Below are positions 8,590-18,808 of a DNA stretch of 64,000 bases, in pieces. The position numbers and the translations under genes are program-made. The first letter of the stretch is position 1, and each line of letters begins with the position of its first letter. The notes beneath the pieces were generated by a model. It was not told where the DNA came from and ran no database searches. It saw only the letters and a list, made by a program, of their open reading frames with translations. The DNA is from an uncultured virus (IMG/VR IMGVR_UViG_2687453388_000001). Taxonomy: Duplodnaviria; Heunggongvirae; Uroviricota; Caudoviricetes. The stretch lies in the IMG/VR virus record IMGVR_UViG_2687453388_000001; one strand, given 5' to 3'.

Positions 8590-9807
8590 CTAAGCAACAA
8601 GACGCTCCTGTTGCTTCTCTTTATTCAAGCGTTTCATTTCTGCCATTGCAGAATCGAATGTTGCATGTGCGTAATAGTTCAGCGTCATGGCTATATTAGC
8701 ATGTCCCATAATGTACTGTAATGCCTTTGGATTCATTCCTGCATTTGCATAGTTGGTACAGAATGTATGTCGCAAACTATGTGGAGTGATGTGTGGCAAT
8801 TTATCCTCGTTATACTTATTGTATTTCTTAACAAGACCTTTCATCATGCCGTTGTAATCACTTGCCACTTTTGGATAGTTCTTTCTATTAAGAAAGAGGA
8901 AATCACTATATCCATCAATCTCAACACGCTTATCATTCTTTCGATTCGCTAACACTCGCTTAAATGCTTGATAGGCTTCTTCAACCATAGGAACTTGACG
9001 TTCGCCACTTTTGGTCTTTGGTGTTTCAATGTAGTACCCAATTTCAGTATCTCTCAATAGCTGATGGTCTATATTGACAAGACGATTCTCAAAATCTAAA
9101 TCTGGAAGTGTCAAACCACCAAACTCTGAAATACGAAGACCTGTTTTTAAGAGTATCAGAATTTCATCATAATTTTTGCTGTAGGTTTTATCAGCTTTTG
9201 CAAAGGCTAACAGTTTTTCTTCCTGTTCTTCTGTTAGTACGGTCTTAGGGACAGTATCATCATCAAGAACTGCTTTCAGTTGAAAGTCAAATGGATTCTT
9301 CCGAACACAATCATCTTGTATAGCAATATAGAATGAAGCCTTTAAAGAACGTTTGTAGTTATTGATGGTTTGATAAGCATAACCATTTTCACTCATTCTA
9401 ATAGCCCATTCTTTAGCGTCTGATGGCTTAATACTGTCAATACTTCTTACACCTAACTTGTCTTTCTTCAAAATATCCATAAGATATTTGCGTCCAGTTT
9501 CAGTGTTTTTTCTAACCTTTGGTCTTTGAGCGTTCTGTTTTGCGTAAAGCTGGCAGAGTGTCATTTTCTTTCCTACAACATCAATACCATCATGAATGTC
9601 TTTCTGTAACTCTGCGATTTTCTCTCTAAGTGAGATACAATCACGCTTTCCTGCTGGTACTCGGTCTGTAGCCACAAGTTTCCACGAGTAAACAAATTGC
9701 GGTTCTCCAAATGAATCTATATATTTGTATAAGTATCTTCCGTCTTTTCGTTGGCTCTCTCCAGTCTTTAAGATTCGACCTTTATTGTCACGTCTTTTTT
9801 CTGACAT
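8590..9807 (-). CDS. int: Tn916 tyrosine integrase
   Basis: MSEKRRDNKGRILKTGESQRKDGRY arm-binding domain; TGLR, HSLRH, MGH...Y. Confidence 0.98.
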   Translation of the reverse strand: MSEKRRDNKGRILKTGESQRKDGRYLYKYIDSFGEPQFVYSWKLVATDRVPAGKRDCISLREKIAELQKDIHDGIDVVGKKMTLCQLYAKQNAQRPKVRKNTETGRKYLMDILKKDKLGVRSIDSIKPSDAKEWAIRMSENGYAYQTINNYKRSLKASFYIAIQDDCVRKNPFDFQLKAVLDDDTVPKTVLTEEQEEKLLAFAKADKTYSKNYDEILILLKTGLRISEFGGLTLPDLDFENRLVNIDHQLLRDTEIGYYIETPKTKSGERQVPMVEEAYQAFKRVLANRKNDKRVEIDGYSDFLFLNRKNYPKVASDYNGMMKGLVKKYNKYNEDKLPHITPHSLRHTFCTNYANAGMNPKALQYIMGHANIAMTLNYYAHATFDSAMAEMKRLNKEKQQERLVA

Positions 9808-9888
9808 GGCATTTGCTCCTTTCCTTTATGGAAAGAGCCTTGATACGACTTAATACTATTTTATCATATACAAGACCCTTTGGCGACG

Positions 9889-10092
9889 CTAGATTGCGTC
9901 CAATGTATCTATAATTTTTTCAAATTGTTTTCGTTTAATCTGAATACGATTGCCATTCATAATCAGCCAATTTGCATTTTTATTTTCCTCTGCCAAGCGT
10001 CGTAGCTTGTTTTCGCCAATACGAAAATATTTTGACGCTTCTTCAATGGTTAGGGTATAACGTTCCCAAATAGGAATGTCAGTCTGCTTCAT
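9889..10092 (-). CDS. xis: Tn916 excisionase
   Basis: [31 protein letters not shown]. Confidence 0.97.
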
Positions 10093-10327
10093 AAAATCCT
10101 CCTTTCCAAATCACTTATTTGGATTTCATAAAAGTTGTTTTACCAGCAATCGAACAGCTTTAGCAAAGCTCACGGGAGTTCCACCCCTGCATGGTTCTCA
10201 TGTAGCCATACTCATTGCCTGCGACGGTTTTATCACGCTCGGACTATTGACTGTATGGGAGTATCATTATCACGATAAGAATGTCGTTGCAGGCAATCCT
10301 GCTAAAGATTGCTTCTCGGATCACTAA
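10076..10327 (+). CDS. Tn916 orf5 (dubious coding status)
   Basis: Position and size match orf5, antisense to xis. Confidence 0.35.
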
Positions 10328-10552
10328 CATGAATCGCTCGCTATCTTTATAAGATAGGTCATGGCGGTTAGTTCCGTTGGCTCTTTTCTTATCGAAACGT
10401 ATTCGATTACTTTTATTCAGTTTTCAAAGAACAATGGCTCGTTAGCCTATCAAAACACATTGAAAGCTCAATATGCTTTGGTGGAATAACAAACCTCCCT
10501 GTTCGGGAAGCGTGGAATGGTTTAGCACGCTTCCACGAAAGGAGAGAGGATA

Positions 10553-10783
10553 TTACTTAATTTCAAATGACAAAATCTTTGTAATCAGTCTGGTTTCCAT
10601 TCTTCCACGTAAGACTTCATCAACGACCATACTTTGATTGCCATATTCATCTTTCATAAGTCGTAGGGAACGCTTCGTTATGTACCCTCTGTAATGATGT
10701 AGAATCTGGTTAATCGCTTCGGTATCGCCATCTGTTGCCTTTACAATGAGAGGAAAGGGAATCATAGGATATTGTGTTTTCAT
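10553..10783 (-). CDS. Tn916 Orf8 HTH regulator
   Basis: Sequence and position between orf7 and xis. Confidence 0.9.
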   Translation of the reverse strand: MKTQYPMIPFPLIVKATDGDTEAINQILHHYRGYITKRSLRLMKDEYGNQSMVVDEVLRGRMETRLITKILSFEIK

Positions 10784-11211
10784 TCTTCAAATTCCTCCAT
10801 AAACTTTTTAATTAAGGCTAGTCCACTGGTTCTATGCCGATAGACAGTAGAACGGTTCAATTTCAACAGGTCTGCAATTTCTGAATCGCTCATGTCCATA
10901 AAGTAAAACAGCAGTAGAATTTCACGTTTCTTGTCTGGCAACTCACGTAATGCTTCACTCAACAAATCATTTTCAACGCCTACTGATAACCCATTGAGTG
11001 TAAAAATCTGAAAGTCAGTTGAATAGTTATCTGTTGTCGCAAACTGGCTAACAAGATAATCGCCAACATCCGAAAAGGACACCTCACGCTTTGCAATCCT
11101 TGAAAGATAAAGCATATAATTCTTTCGCTCGTCTTCCATAGCACGTTTACAGATATAGTCAAACTGATTTTCTATTGTGGTCTGAAAAGAAGATGGTTTC
11201 ATGTTTCTCAC
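10780..11211 (-). CDS. Tn916 Orf7 sigma-factor-like regulator
   Basis: Sigma region-4-like HTH (MSDSEIADLLKLNRSTVYRHR). Confidence 0.9.
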   Translation of the reverse strand: MRNMKPSSFQTTIENQFDYICKRAMEDERKNYMLYLSRIAKREVSFSDVGDYLVSQFATTDNYSTDFQIFTLNGLSVGVENDLLSEALRELPDKKREILLLFYFMDMSDSEIADLLKLNRSTVYRHRTSGLALIKKFMEEFEE

Positions 11212-11706
11212 CCCCTTTCTGTCTAGGAAAGGAAGTGAGCCTTGCTCGTTTATCTCCTTTCACTCTTAGTCCCAATGTGAAAGGGGGATTTGTTGCATTA
11301 CTGATAAATAAACTTTGTAAAAAAGTTCTGAATAGCCAAAAAAGCATATAAACAGATTTATTTCTCTGTTTACATGCTTCTGTTATTCTATCTATATGAT
11401 TTATAAAACCACATTGGTGGACGTACTTATCTATTGCAGATAGACGACTTTTTTTGACAAGAACCCAATGTAAGGAAATTTATTGTATATGATGTACTTC
11501 ATGGCGACGTTGACCTCCAACAAACCGCCATTTGGAAGTAATATACAATATTTTAACAGCGTAAATAGCACTACCATATAACGGTTTTTTTTATTGGCGT
11601 TTAGTAGTGCTTTTTATTAAATATAAACCTATAAACCATATAACACGTTTTTCTATACCTGTTTTTAATTCAGTAGGAACAATAAAATGTATAGAGGTGG
11701 TCTACT

Positions 11707-12060
11707 ATGCGTAAAAAAGAAGATAAATATGATTTTAGAGCCTTTGGTTTAGCCATTAAAGAAGCTCGATTGAAACGAGGTTTAACTCGTGAACAAGTGG
11801 GAGCATTGATTGAAATTGACCCACGGTACTTAACTAATATTGAAAATAAAGGGCAACACCCCAGCATACAAGTTCTTTATGACCTTGTATCGTTACTTCA
11901 TGTTTCCGTTGATGAATTTTTCTTACCTGCTAATAACTTGGTAAAAAGCACCCGACGATTACAGATAGAGAAATACATGGATAGCTTTACAGACAAAGAA
12001 CTATCCTTAATGGAATCTTTAGCCAGCGGTATCAACGAAGCAAGAAACATCGAAGACTAA
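11707..12060 (+). CDS. Tn916 Orf9 XRE-family repressor
   Basis: [25 protein letters not shown]. Confidence 0.92.
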   Translation: MRKKEDKYDFRAFGLAIKEARLKRGLTREQVGALIEIDPRYLTNIENKGQHPSIQVLYDLVSLLHVSVDEFFLPANNLVKSTRRLQIEKYMDSFTDKELSLMESLASGINEARNIED

Positions 12061-12119
12061 TTAAAAGAATCCATACATAACGGAAAGAGCCGATAAAATG
12101 AGATTGTATTAATCTCATT

Positions 12120-12308
12120 TTATCGGCTCTGCGTCTTTGCGTCTGGCTCTGTAATCACAGTTACTTTGAACTGCTTTATTTCAATTAAATTTTCTTGTCT
12201 GCATTTCGGACAATAGAGGGGGAATTTTTTTAATTCAGTATCTTCCCTTATCTTTAATCGTGTTTTATTTCCACATACAGGACACAATATCCACTTGTAG
12301 TTTATAAT
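12120..12308 (-). CDS. Tn916 Orf6 cysteine-rich KTR protein (non-ATG start)
   Basis: Translates to ...WILCPVCGNKTRLKIREDTELKKFPLYCPKCRQE...; RBS GAGGAG. Confidence 0.7.
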   Translation of the reverse strand: MINYKWILCPVCGNKTRLKIREDTELKKFPLYCPKCRQENLIEIKQFKVTVITEPDAKTQSR

Positions 12309-12405
12309 AACTATCTCCTCCTTTACACTTTAATTCAAATCTTTATTAAAAAATATTTCATCTTATTTAACAAGAAACCATATTTATATAACAACATAAA
12401 ATACA

Positions 12406-14325
12406 CTAAGTTATTTTATTGAACATATATCGTACTTTATCTATCCGACTATTTGGACGACGGGGCTGGCAAACAGGTTCACCGGTAGTAACATGGTACC
12501 CTTTTAACTCTGTTAAACAAACACTACGTCCATTTGTAAAGAAAGTTAAATCACTACGATATTCTTGAATACACCGAGCAGGGATTTCTCCACTAAGAAT
12601 GACCTCATTATTTTTCAATTGAGTGTCTACGATGTTCGCACAATATTTAGGAGCATCGTTGTATGCTCGTGAAAGATATTCCTGTGGCGCATAAATTTTA
12701 AAACTAAGATATGGCTCTAACAATTCTGTTCCAGCTTTTTTTAAGACTTGTTCCAATACAATAGGAGCAAGCATCCGAAAATCTGCTGGGGTACTAACAG
12801 GGCTATAGTATAAGCCATACTTAAAACAGATTTTACAGTCCGTCACATTCCAACCATACAATCCTTGTTCACAGCCATAGCGTATCCCCTCCATAACTGC
12901 ATTTTGAAACGATTGATTTAAGTATCCAAGAGAAACCGAGCTCTCATACTGCATTCCACTTCCCAACGGAAGCGGTGATACAGATAAACCAATGGAAGCC
13001 CAGAAAGGATTTGGCGGCACTTCGATGTGAATGGTATATTCTGCATTTTTTAACGGTCTCTCCATATAAATGACTGTAGGCTCTTTTAGTTCTATCTCCA
13101 CATGATACTTTTCTTGCAACAGTGCACTAATCACTTCCATTTGTACTTTCCCTAAGAAAGAAAGTATAATTTCATGTGTCGTAGAATCCACGTAATATCG
13201 TAGAAGCGGATCACTATCTGAGATTTCCAAAAGGGCATCAAGCAACATTTCTCTCTGTTCAGGTTTACTCGGTTCAACAGTTGTTTGTAGTAGAGGGTGC
13301 GGATTTTCAATCTTTTTTCTCTGTGGCAATAGTTTTGTATCTCCAAGAACACTATTTAACTTCAAAAACTCATTTTGCAAAATAACAATTTCTCCAGAAT
13401 AAGCTCTATCAATCTTACATAATTCACCATTTATTGAAGTATACATTTCTGTAACTTTTATTTTTTCTTTTTCTGATACTCTAACCGAATCTCGTAAATG
13501 TAGTACTCCACTATAAAGGCGTATATATGCAAGACGTTGTCTTTTTTTTGTATATTCAATTTTGAAAACATTTCCGCAAAGTTCAGACGGACCTCGATGT
13601 GTTGATGAATAAAATTTATTAGTAATAACTTCTATAAGGTTATCAATCCCTATATTACTTTTTGCACTTCCATGATAAAGAGGGAACAGAGAACAATTCT
13701 GAAATCTTATGCTTTCCTCTTGTTCGAGTTCCAATGCTTCTAATGATTTACCGGACATATATTTCTCTAAAAGGTCATCGTTTCCCTCTATTACCGTATC
13801 CCATTGTTCAGATTCGGTAAAGTTCGTCACACACATATTAGGATACAGTTCTACCTTCTGTTTGATTACAATTTCGGCAGAAAGTTTCTCTTTAATATCC
13901 TGATAAACCGTTGATAAATCAATTCCATTTTGGTCAATCTTATTGATAAAAAAGATTGTGGGAATCCCCATTTTCCTAAGTGCATGAAATAATATACGAG
14001 TTTGTGCTTGTACGCCATCTTTTGCAGAAATCAGTAGAATTGCCCCATCTAAAACTGATAATGAACGATATACTTCTGCTAAGAAATCCATATGTCCTGG
14101 CGTGTCTATGATGTTCACCTTCGTATTTTCCCACTGAAAAGAGGTTATTCCTGTCTGAATTGTAATTCCTCTCTGACGTTCTAAAAGCGTATTATCCGTC
14201 CTCGTTGTACCTTTGTCCACGCTTCCTAATTCTGTAATCGCTCCACTGTTATATAATAAGCTTTCTGTTAAGGTAGTTTTTCCTGCATCAACATGAGCTA
14301 AAACTCCAATATTAATAATTTTCAT
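12406..14325 (-). CDS. tet(M): Tetracycline ribosomal protection protein Tet(M), 639 aa
   Basis: [18 protein letters not shown]ase; [13 protein letters not shown]-terminus [11 protein letters not shown]. Confidence 0.99.
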   Translation of the reverse strand: MKIINIGVLAHVDAGKTTLTESLLYNSGAITELGSVDKGTTRTDNTLLERQRGITIQTGITSFQWENTKVNIIDTPGHMDFLAEVYRSLSVLDGAILLISAKDGVQAQTRILFHALRKMGIPTIFFINKIDQNGIDLSTVYQDIKEKLSAEIVIKQKVELYPNMCVTNFTESEQWDTVIEGNDDLLEKYMSGKSLEALELEQEESIRFQNCSLFPLYHGSAKSNIGIDNLIEVITNKFYSSTHRGPSELCGNVFKIEYTKKRQRLAYIRLYSGVLHLRDSVRVSEKEKIKVTEMYTSINGELCKIDRAYSGEIVILQNEFLKLNSVLGDTKLLPQRKKIENPHPLLQTTVEPSKPEQREMLLDALLEISDSDPLLRYYVDSTTHEIILSFLGKVQMEVISALLQEKYHVEIELKEPTVIYMERPLKNAEYTIHIEVPPNPFWASIGLSVSPLPLGSGMQYESSVSLGYLNQSFQNAVMEGIRYGCEQGLYGWNVTDCKICFKYGLYYSPVSTPADFRMLAPIVLEQVLKKAGTELLEPYLSFKIYAPQEYLSRAYNDAPKYCANIVDTQLKNNEVILSGEIPARCIQEYRSDLTFFTNGRSVCLTELKGYHVTTGEPVCQPRRPNSRIDKVRYMFNKIT

Positions 14326-14340
14326 GTGATTTTCCTCCAT

Positions 14341-14427
14341 TCAAAAACCCAAAAGGGCATAAAAATCCCAGTGATAAATACTTTTATCACTGGGATTTTT
14401 ATGCATAACCATAGGCATACAAAGCAT
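14341..14427 (-). CDS. tet(M) leader peptide (orf12) with attenuator hairpin
   Basis: MLCMPMVMHKNPSDKSIYHWDFYALLGF; long inverted repeat GCATAAAAATCCCAGTGATAAA...TTTATCACTGGGATTTTTATGC. Confidence 0.9.
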   Translation of the reverse strand: MLCMPMVMHKNPSDKSIYHWDFYALLGF

Positions 14428-14701
14428 ACAGATATTCTCCGGATACTTTAGAATCACATGATAAAGGTATTCTTAAACTGGGTACAAAAAACTAAGCCCT
14501 CCTAAAAAAGGACATCCAATTATTTGTTCCCACTATCAAATTGACAGTTTATTTAAGAATACCTTGCCGCATATTTATTAACTCCTTTTAAATAGATACT
14601 TAAATAATAGCACGTAAGAGCATATTTGTAAAGGAATCTCCAATTTTTTATCAAAGAGAGTACGTGATTACAAAATAGCTGTAATAATGTACCAATATTT
14701 G

Positions 14702-15634
14702 TTATTCTATAATCTTCCAATTACTCCCGTTCTTTTCAAGTACCAAATCAAATTGAGATACCTGCGTTGCTTTGGTCTGCTGGTCGATATACTCCACTGT
14801 CAGCGATACCGTGACTTGATTATCCTTACGATTGTGAATAGGATTTACCAGTTCTTGAAAGATGTACTCTTTTCCGATTGGTTTTAATATCCCGTCATTC
14901 ACATAGTAGGAAAGTTCACTGGCTGTCGCTGTAGGATAGAGCTTGAAGAACGTCGTTAAAAACTCATTGATTTCATTGGTTGTAATGGAATCAACCGTCC
15001 CCTCACTTTCAATGGCTTTTGGTTTATAACTTGATTTCTTAGGTATGTTGGTAATGGTCGGATTCTTAACCAGTACCATATTTCCAGAACCATCTACATA
15101 GACACTCACTATATAAGCAGAGTGGACGGTCTTTGTATTTTCTCCCTCTGTAATGAGCTGGTCTACACTGTAGGTTACATTAAACTCATTGTCGCCAGTT
15201 GGCTCTACCGTCCATATCTGAAATCCTCTTACAGAAGACGATACAGGAATATCTTTGCGTACTGTATCAACATTGAGAGCTTGAAGTTCATCTGTCAGAT
15301 AGCCTTTTAGACTTTCCATTCGATTATCAATGGACTTATCGGATTGCTCCCATGAATAGTAGACTTTCGCAAAGTTCTCTACAAAATTTTCTACATGATG
15401 AGTATCAACGTATTCCTTTTCTATGATAGTTGTTTCGTGAATAGTATGAGTATCTATAGCTGTAAAGTGCTTGAATATCGCAAAGCTGAAACTAAGCCCT
15501 AAAAGTACCCACAAGGCAATCACAACCTTTTTATGAGGATTGACCTTATAGACACGAGGTTTCTTTTCCTTTGGTATCTGTTTTTCTTTATTCTGATTTT
15601 TTCTAAATTTCATCATTAAATCTTCCTTTCTCAT
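14702..15634 (-). CDS. Tn916 Orf13 (TcpC/VirB8-like)
   Basis: Single TM plus extracellular domain; gene order. Confidence 0.92.
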   Translation of the reverse strand: MRKEDLMMKFRKNQNKEKQIPKEKKPRVYKVNPHKKVVIALWVLLGLSFSFAIFKHFTAIDTHTIHETTIIEKEYVDTHHVENFVENFAKVYYSWEQSDKSIDNRMESLKGYLTDELQALNVDTVRKDIPVSSSVRGFQIWTVEPTGDNEFNVTYSVDQLITEGENTKTVHSAYIVSVYVDGSGNMVLVKNPTITNIPKKSSYKPKAIESEGTVDSITTNEINEFLTTFFKLYPTATASELSYYVNDGILKPIGKEYIFQELVNPIHNRKDNQVTVSLTVEYIDQQTKATQVSQFDLVLEKNGSNWKIIE

Positions 15635-16632
15635 TGTTTGATTCGTCCTGCTCCCACTAAATGCTGTTGCCAGTAGGGGCTTGTTAAGTCGGCATAACCG
15701 ATTGGGTCGCCTGCATGAAACATACGGTTATTGCCAAGGTATATCCCAACATGAGTAATATAAGAGCCAGCGTTATAGGTAGAATGAAAGAAAACTAAAT
15801 CGCCAGCTTGTGCTTCCGATAGTGGGATATGCTGGGTCACATCATATTGCTGTTGTGCGGTTCGTGGTAAGTTAATTCCAGCTTTTCCATACGTCCATTG
15901 TGTCAGTCCGCTACAATCAAAAGAAGTAGTCGGGGAAGCTCCACCGTAAACGTATCGCCAGCCCTCATATTTCAGTGCTTCGTCCATGATGGCTTGTACC
16001 GTATCATCATCAAACTCTGTTGTGACAAGATACTGCGTTACCAGTTGCACATAAAACATATTGCCATAGTTGTATCGCCAGCCCCCATTGATAGGTATGG
16101 CTATGGGATTGGGGTAAGACACTTTTTCGCCACCTGAATACTCTTTTGAGAAACTTTGAGCCAGTTCAAAGGTATATTTATTTCCACGATTAGCCACATA
16201 CCCTAAGAAACCACCACCATAATTGTAGGACTGGATAACCGATTCTAAATCTACACTGAGCCTTTCGCTACTGGCTAATAATTCACTGAAATACTTCACA
16301 CCTTGCTTAATGGATTCTTCTGTACTCAATGAATTAGGTGGAAGACCGAGGGATTCCGAGGACTGCATAACATCTTCCGCAGTACCGCCCGATTCCACCT
16401 GTATAATCGCAAGAAGTATGTTGACATATTCTTCAACGCCATATTCTTTGGCATATTTTTCTACCATAGGCTTATGAGCCAGCACTTCTGCGGAAACATT
16501 CACACCTCCATAATGAATATTGGAAATTCCGCTGTCCTGTTCATCTGAAAATAAAATGGCAACAAACAGAAGCAGTGAGAAGACCATCAAGAATAATCCA
16601 GAACCACCAATCACTAAAGTTTTCAACTTCAT
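15631..16632 (-). CDS. Tn916 Orf14 lysozyme-like/NlpC-P60 cell wall hydrolase
   Basis: QVESGG...DVMQSSES; FDCSGL...HVGIY. Confidence 0.95.
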   Translation of the reverse strand: MKLKTLVIGGSGLFLMVFSLLLFVAILFSDEQDSGISNIHYGGVNVSAEVLAHKPMVEKYAKEYGVEEYVNILLAIIQVESGGTAEDVMQSSESLGLPPNSLSTEESIKQGVKYFSELLASSERLSVDLESVIQSYNYGGGFLGYVANRGNKYTFELAQSFSKEYSGGEKVSYPNPIAIPINGGWRYNYGNMFYVQLVTQYLVTTEFDDDTVQAIMDEALKYEGWRYVYGGASPTTSFDCSGLTQWTYGKAGINLPRTAQQQYDVTQHIPLSEAQAGDLVFFHSTYNAGSYITHVGIYLGNNRMFHAGDPIGYADLTSPYWQQHLVGAGRIKQ

Positions 16633-18806
16633 GGTTTCTTACCGACTTTCTTAATGGTGGCGGTTTTGATTGGTGGTCTACTTCTTGTATTTTGTAGTGG
16701 TACTCTTTGAACAGTAGACGGACGTTCTTTTGTGATTGGACGTTGTGAAGTTCTATCTGCTGTAGTGGTTGAAGTTGCTGGCTTTTGAACGGTTTTTTCT
16801 TGAACGGTATTGCCTTGGCGTTCCACTTTTGGACTTGAAAAATCGGACTTAACTGCTGGACGCTCTTGTTTGGCTTGTTGAGATTCCTTATATGAAGTCT
16901 GAATATTAGACTGTTTTGAGGTCTGTTCATCATGATATTGTTCTTGTCTTGTAGTCGGTCTTTCATGAACAGAAGAAGCAGGCTGTTTTTTCTGTTTGAC
17001 CTGTTCCATTTCAGAGCGACGCTTCGCAATGGTTTTTCGCCTTTGTTCCTGCTGTTCCTTGCGTCCACTGGCTCTGTCCGCTTTGGTTTGAGAAATACTA
17101 CTGGTTAAATCACGGACATTCTCTTTTACTTTGGATTTTCCTTGATATACTGCATATCTTGCATTGGTCGGCAAATCTTTAACCTGTTCTTTCAAACCAC
17201 TAGCAGTGTCTACCATTCTGTCTTTGGTATCAGCTACTGTACCGATGGTTTGACCGATACGTTTTCCAAGTGTTGATTTTTCCTTTCCGTCTGGTCGGGA
17301 GTGATCTGCTTGTGTCCTTGCAGAACTCCCCGAACCCGACTGTCCTTTTTTACCTGTAACAATGGCAGACCCAGCCCCTAGAGTAGTCATGGAACGTCCA
17401 AGTTTCCGCTGTAGACGGTGCATGTGAGCGTGCATAAGCATACGAGGTTTTCTCATCACACGACTTCCCACACTTTGAGAATCGTTACTCTGTAGAGAAA
17501 ACATACTCATTAAATCGCCCAGCTTGAAGTAGATTCCTGCAAAGGTCACAATCTGTAGAAAAGCAATCAAAAAGAACGGATAACCAGCCGATAAGGTATA
17601 GAGCATGGTTGAAATACTAAATGCTGTCGTAATAATCAATGTGATTCCAGCTCGTGTCAAAATGGTATTAAAGAGCTTTGTTATGGCTCGTTTTGACATA
17701 CCATCAAATGATGGAATCATGCTTAAAATAAAGCTCACAGGCAGAAACATAGCATAGATGATAAAAAGTACCTGCGAGAAAATCATGATTCCTGTTAATA
17801 GGAATACAAATATGGAAATCCCAATATTGAAGACAAATAGGAAGAAGACTGTACCTAAACGGTTAATGGTCTTTGTAATGGTTAGATTGGTATTGCTTCT
17901 GTCTTCAATTTCTTCCGCAACAATTTTTTCTCTGTCTTCGCCATTGTTGGAATCTGGGCTGGTGGAGAGCAGGCTTTCCACACGGTCAATACCGATACTT
18001 TCAATGTCTGAACTGTTGTATTGAAGCAGTAGCCACGGTTGCTGAACCTGTATGGAAAACAGGCTATCTCTGATTAAGTCCACGCTGTCCTTGCCTTGAC
18101 TATCGGAATGGGGCATGACAATCTTCGTGCCAAGTGATAAACTGGCATTACTGATGTCTGATGAAAAGTCATTGATTTTTTTAATGTAGTCGGGAGCGTA
18201 GGCAATAAAGGAAGCCGATAGGATAAACACCAGCACAAAATTCATAATGGCATGAATTGCCTTTGTGGTTTCTCTCTTTATCAGTCCCGTATAGGCAACA
18301 TAAACCCCAAGAACCAAAATCAAGAGTAAGAGGAATCCAACATAGAAACCCTCTGTTGAAAATCCGTTTGCACTCACACCAGCTAAGGTCTGCATATTCT
18401 TACCAATGGAATCTGCTGTAGCGGAAATGAAGTCTAAGGAATAGGCTTCCTGTACTAAGTAACCTGTCGCATTGGAAACATACAAACTGATTGTCCAAAT
18501 AAAATTGGTAATGGCATATAGTCCATACATGACCTGTTTTCCAATCCCGTCCGACCAGTTCCACGGAAGCCAGCCCCAGCTATTATCCACATAAAAATCC
18601 AGTTGATAGTTTTCAAGTGGGTATCGGCTGTATTCATTTGCCACATTGACCGTATCATCTACCAAGCCCGCAGCTTGAACCACCGTTCCCAGCATGGCTA
18701 AAAGAAAAATGGCAATCACAAGTGTGAAAGCCACTGTCATTGCCACTTTACCTAGACGTTTCAGCGTCCAGTTTGATTTTATTCTGTTTACTATTGATGG
18801 TTTCAC
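16629..18806 (-). CDS. Tn916 Orf15 (VirB6-like membrane protein)
   Basis: Multi-TM N-terminal region, polar C-terminal tail; gene order. Confidence 0.92.
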   Translation of the reverse strand: MKPSIVNRIKSNWTLKRLGKVAMTVAFTLVIAIFLLAMLGTVVQAAGLVDDTVNVANEYSRYPLENYQLDFYVDNSWGWLPWNWSDGIGKQVMYGLYAITNFIWTISLYVSNATGYLVQEAYSLDFISATADSIGKNMQTLAGVSANGFSTEGFYVGFLLLLILVLGVYVAYTGLIKRETTKAIHAIMNFVLVFILSASFIAYAPDYIKKINDFSSDISNASLSLGTKIVMPHSDSQGKDSVDLIRDSLFSIQVQQPWLLLQYNSSDIESIGIDRVESLLSTSPDSNNGEDREKIVAEEIEDRSNTNLTITKTINRLGTVFFLFVFNIGISIFVFLLTGIMIFSQVLFIIYAMFLPVSFILSMIPSFDGMSKRAITKLFNTILTRAGITLIITTAFSISTMLYTLSAGYPFFLIAFLQIVTFAGIYFKLGDLMSMFSLQSNDSQSVGSRVMRKPRMLMHAHMHRLQRKLGRSMTTLGAGSAIVTGKKGQSGSGSSARTQADHSRPDGKEKSTLGKRIGQTIGTVADTKDRMVDTASGLKEQVKDLPTNARYAVYQGKSKVKENVRDLTSSISQTKADRASGRKEQQEQRRKTIAKRRSEMEQVKQKKQPASSVHERPTTRQEQYHDEQTSKQSNIQTSYKESQQAKQERPAVKSDFSSPKVERQGNTVQEKTVQKPATSTTTADRTSQRPITKERPSTVQRVPLQNTRSRPPIKTATIKKVGKKP

Positions 18807-18808
18807 AT

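Noticed and set aside
16541..17068. 175-aa alternative-frame ORF overlapping orf15/orf14
   Set aside because: Overlaps the intact orf15; no independent evidence of translation
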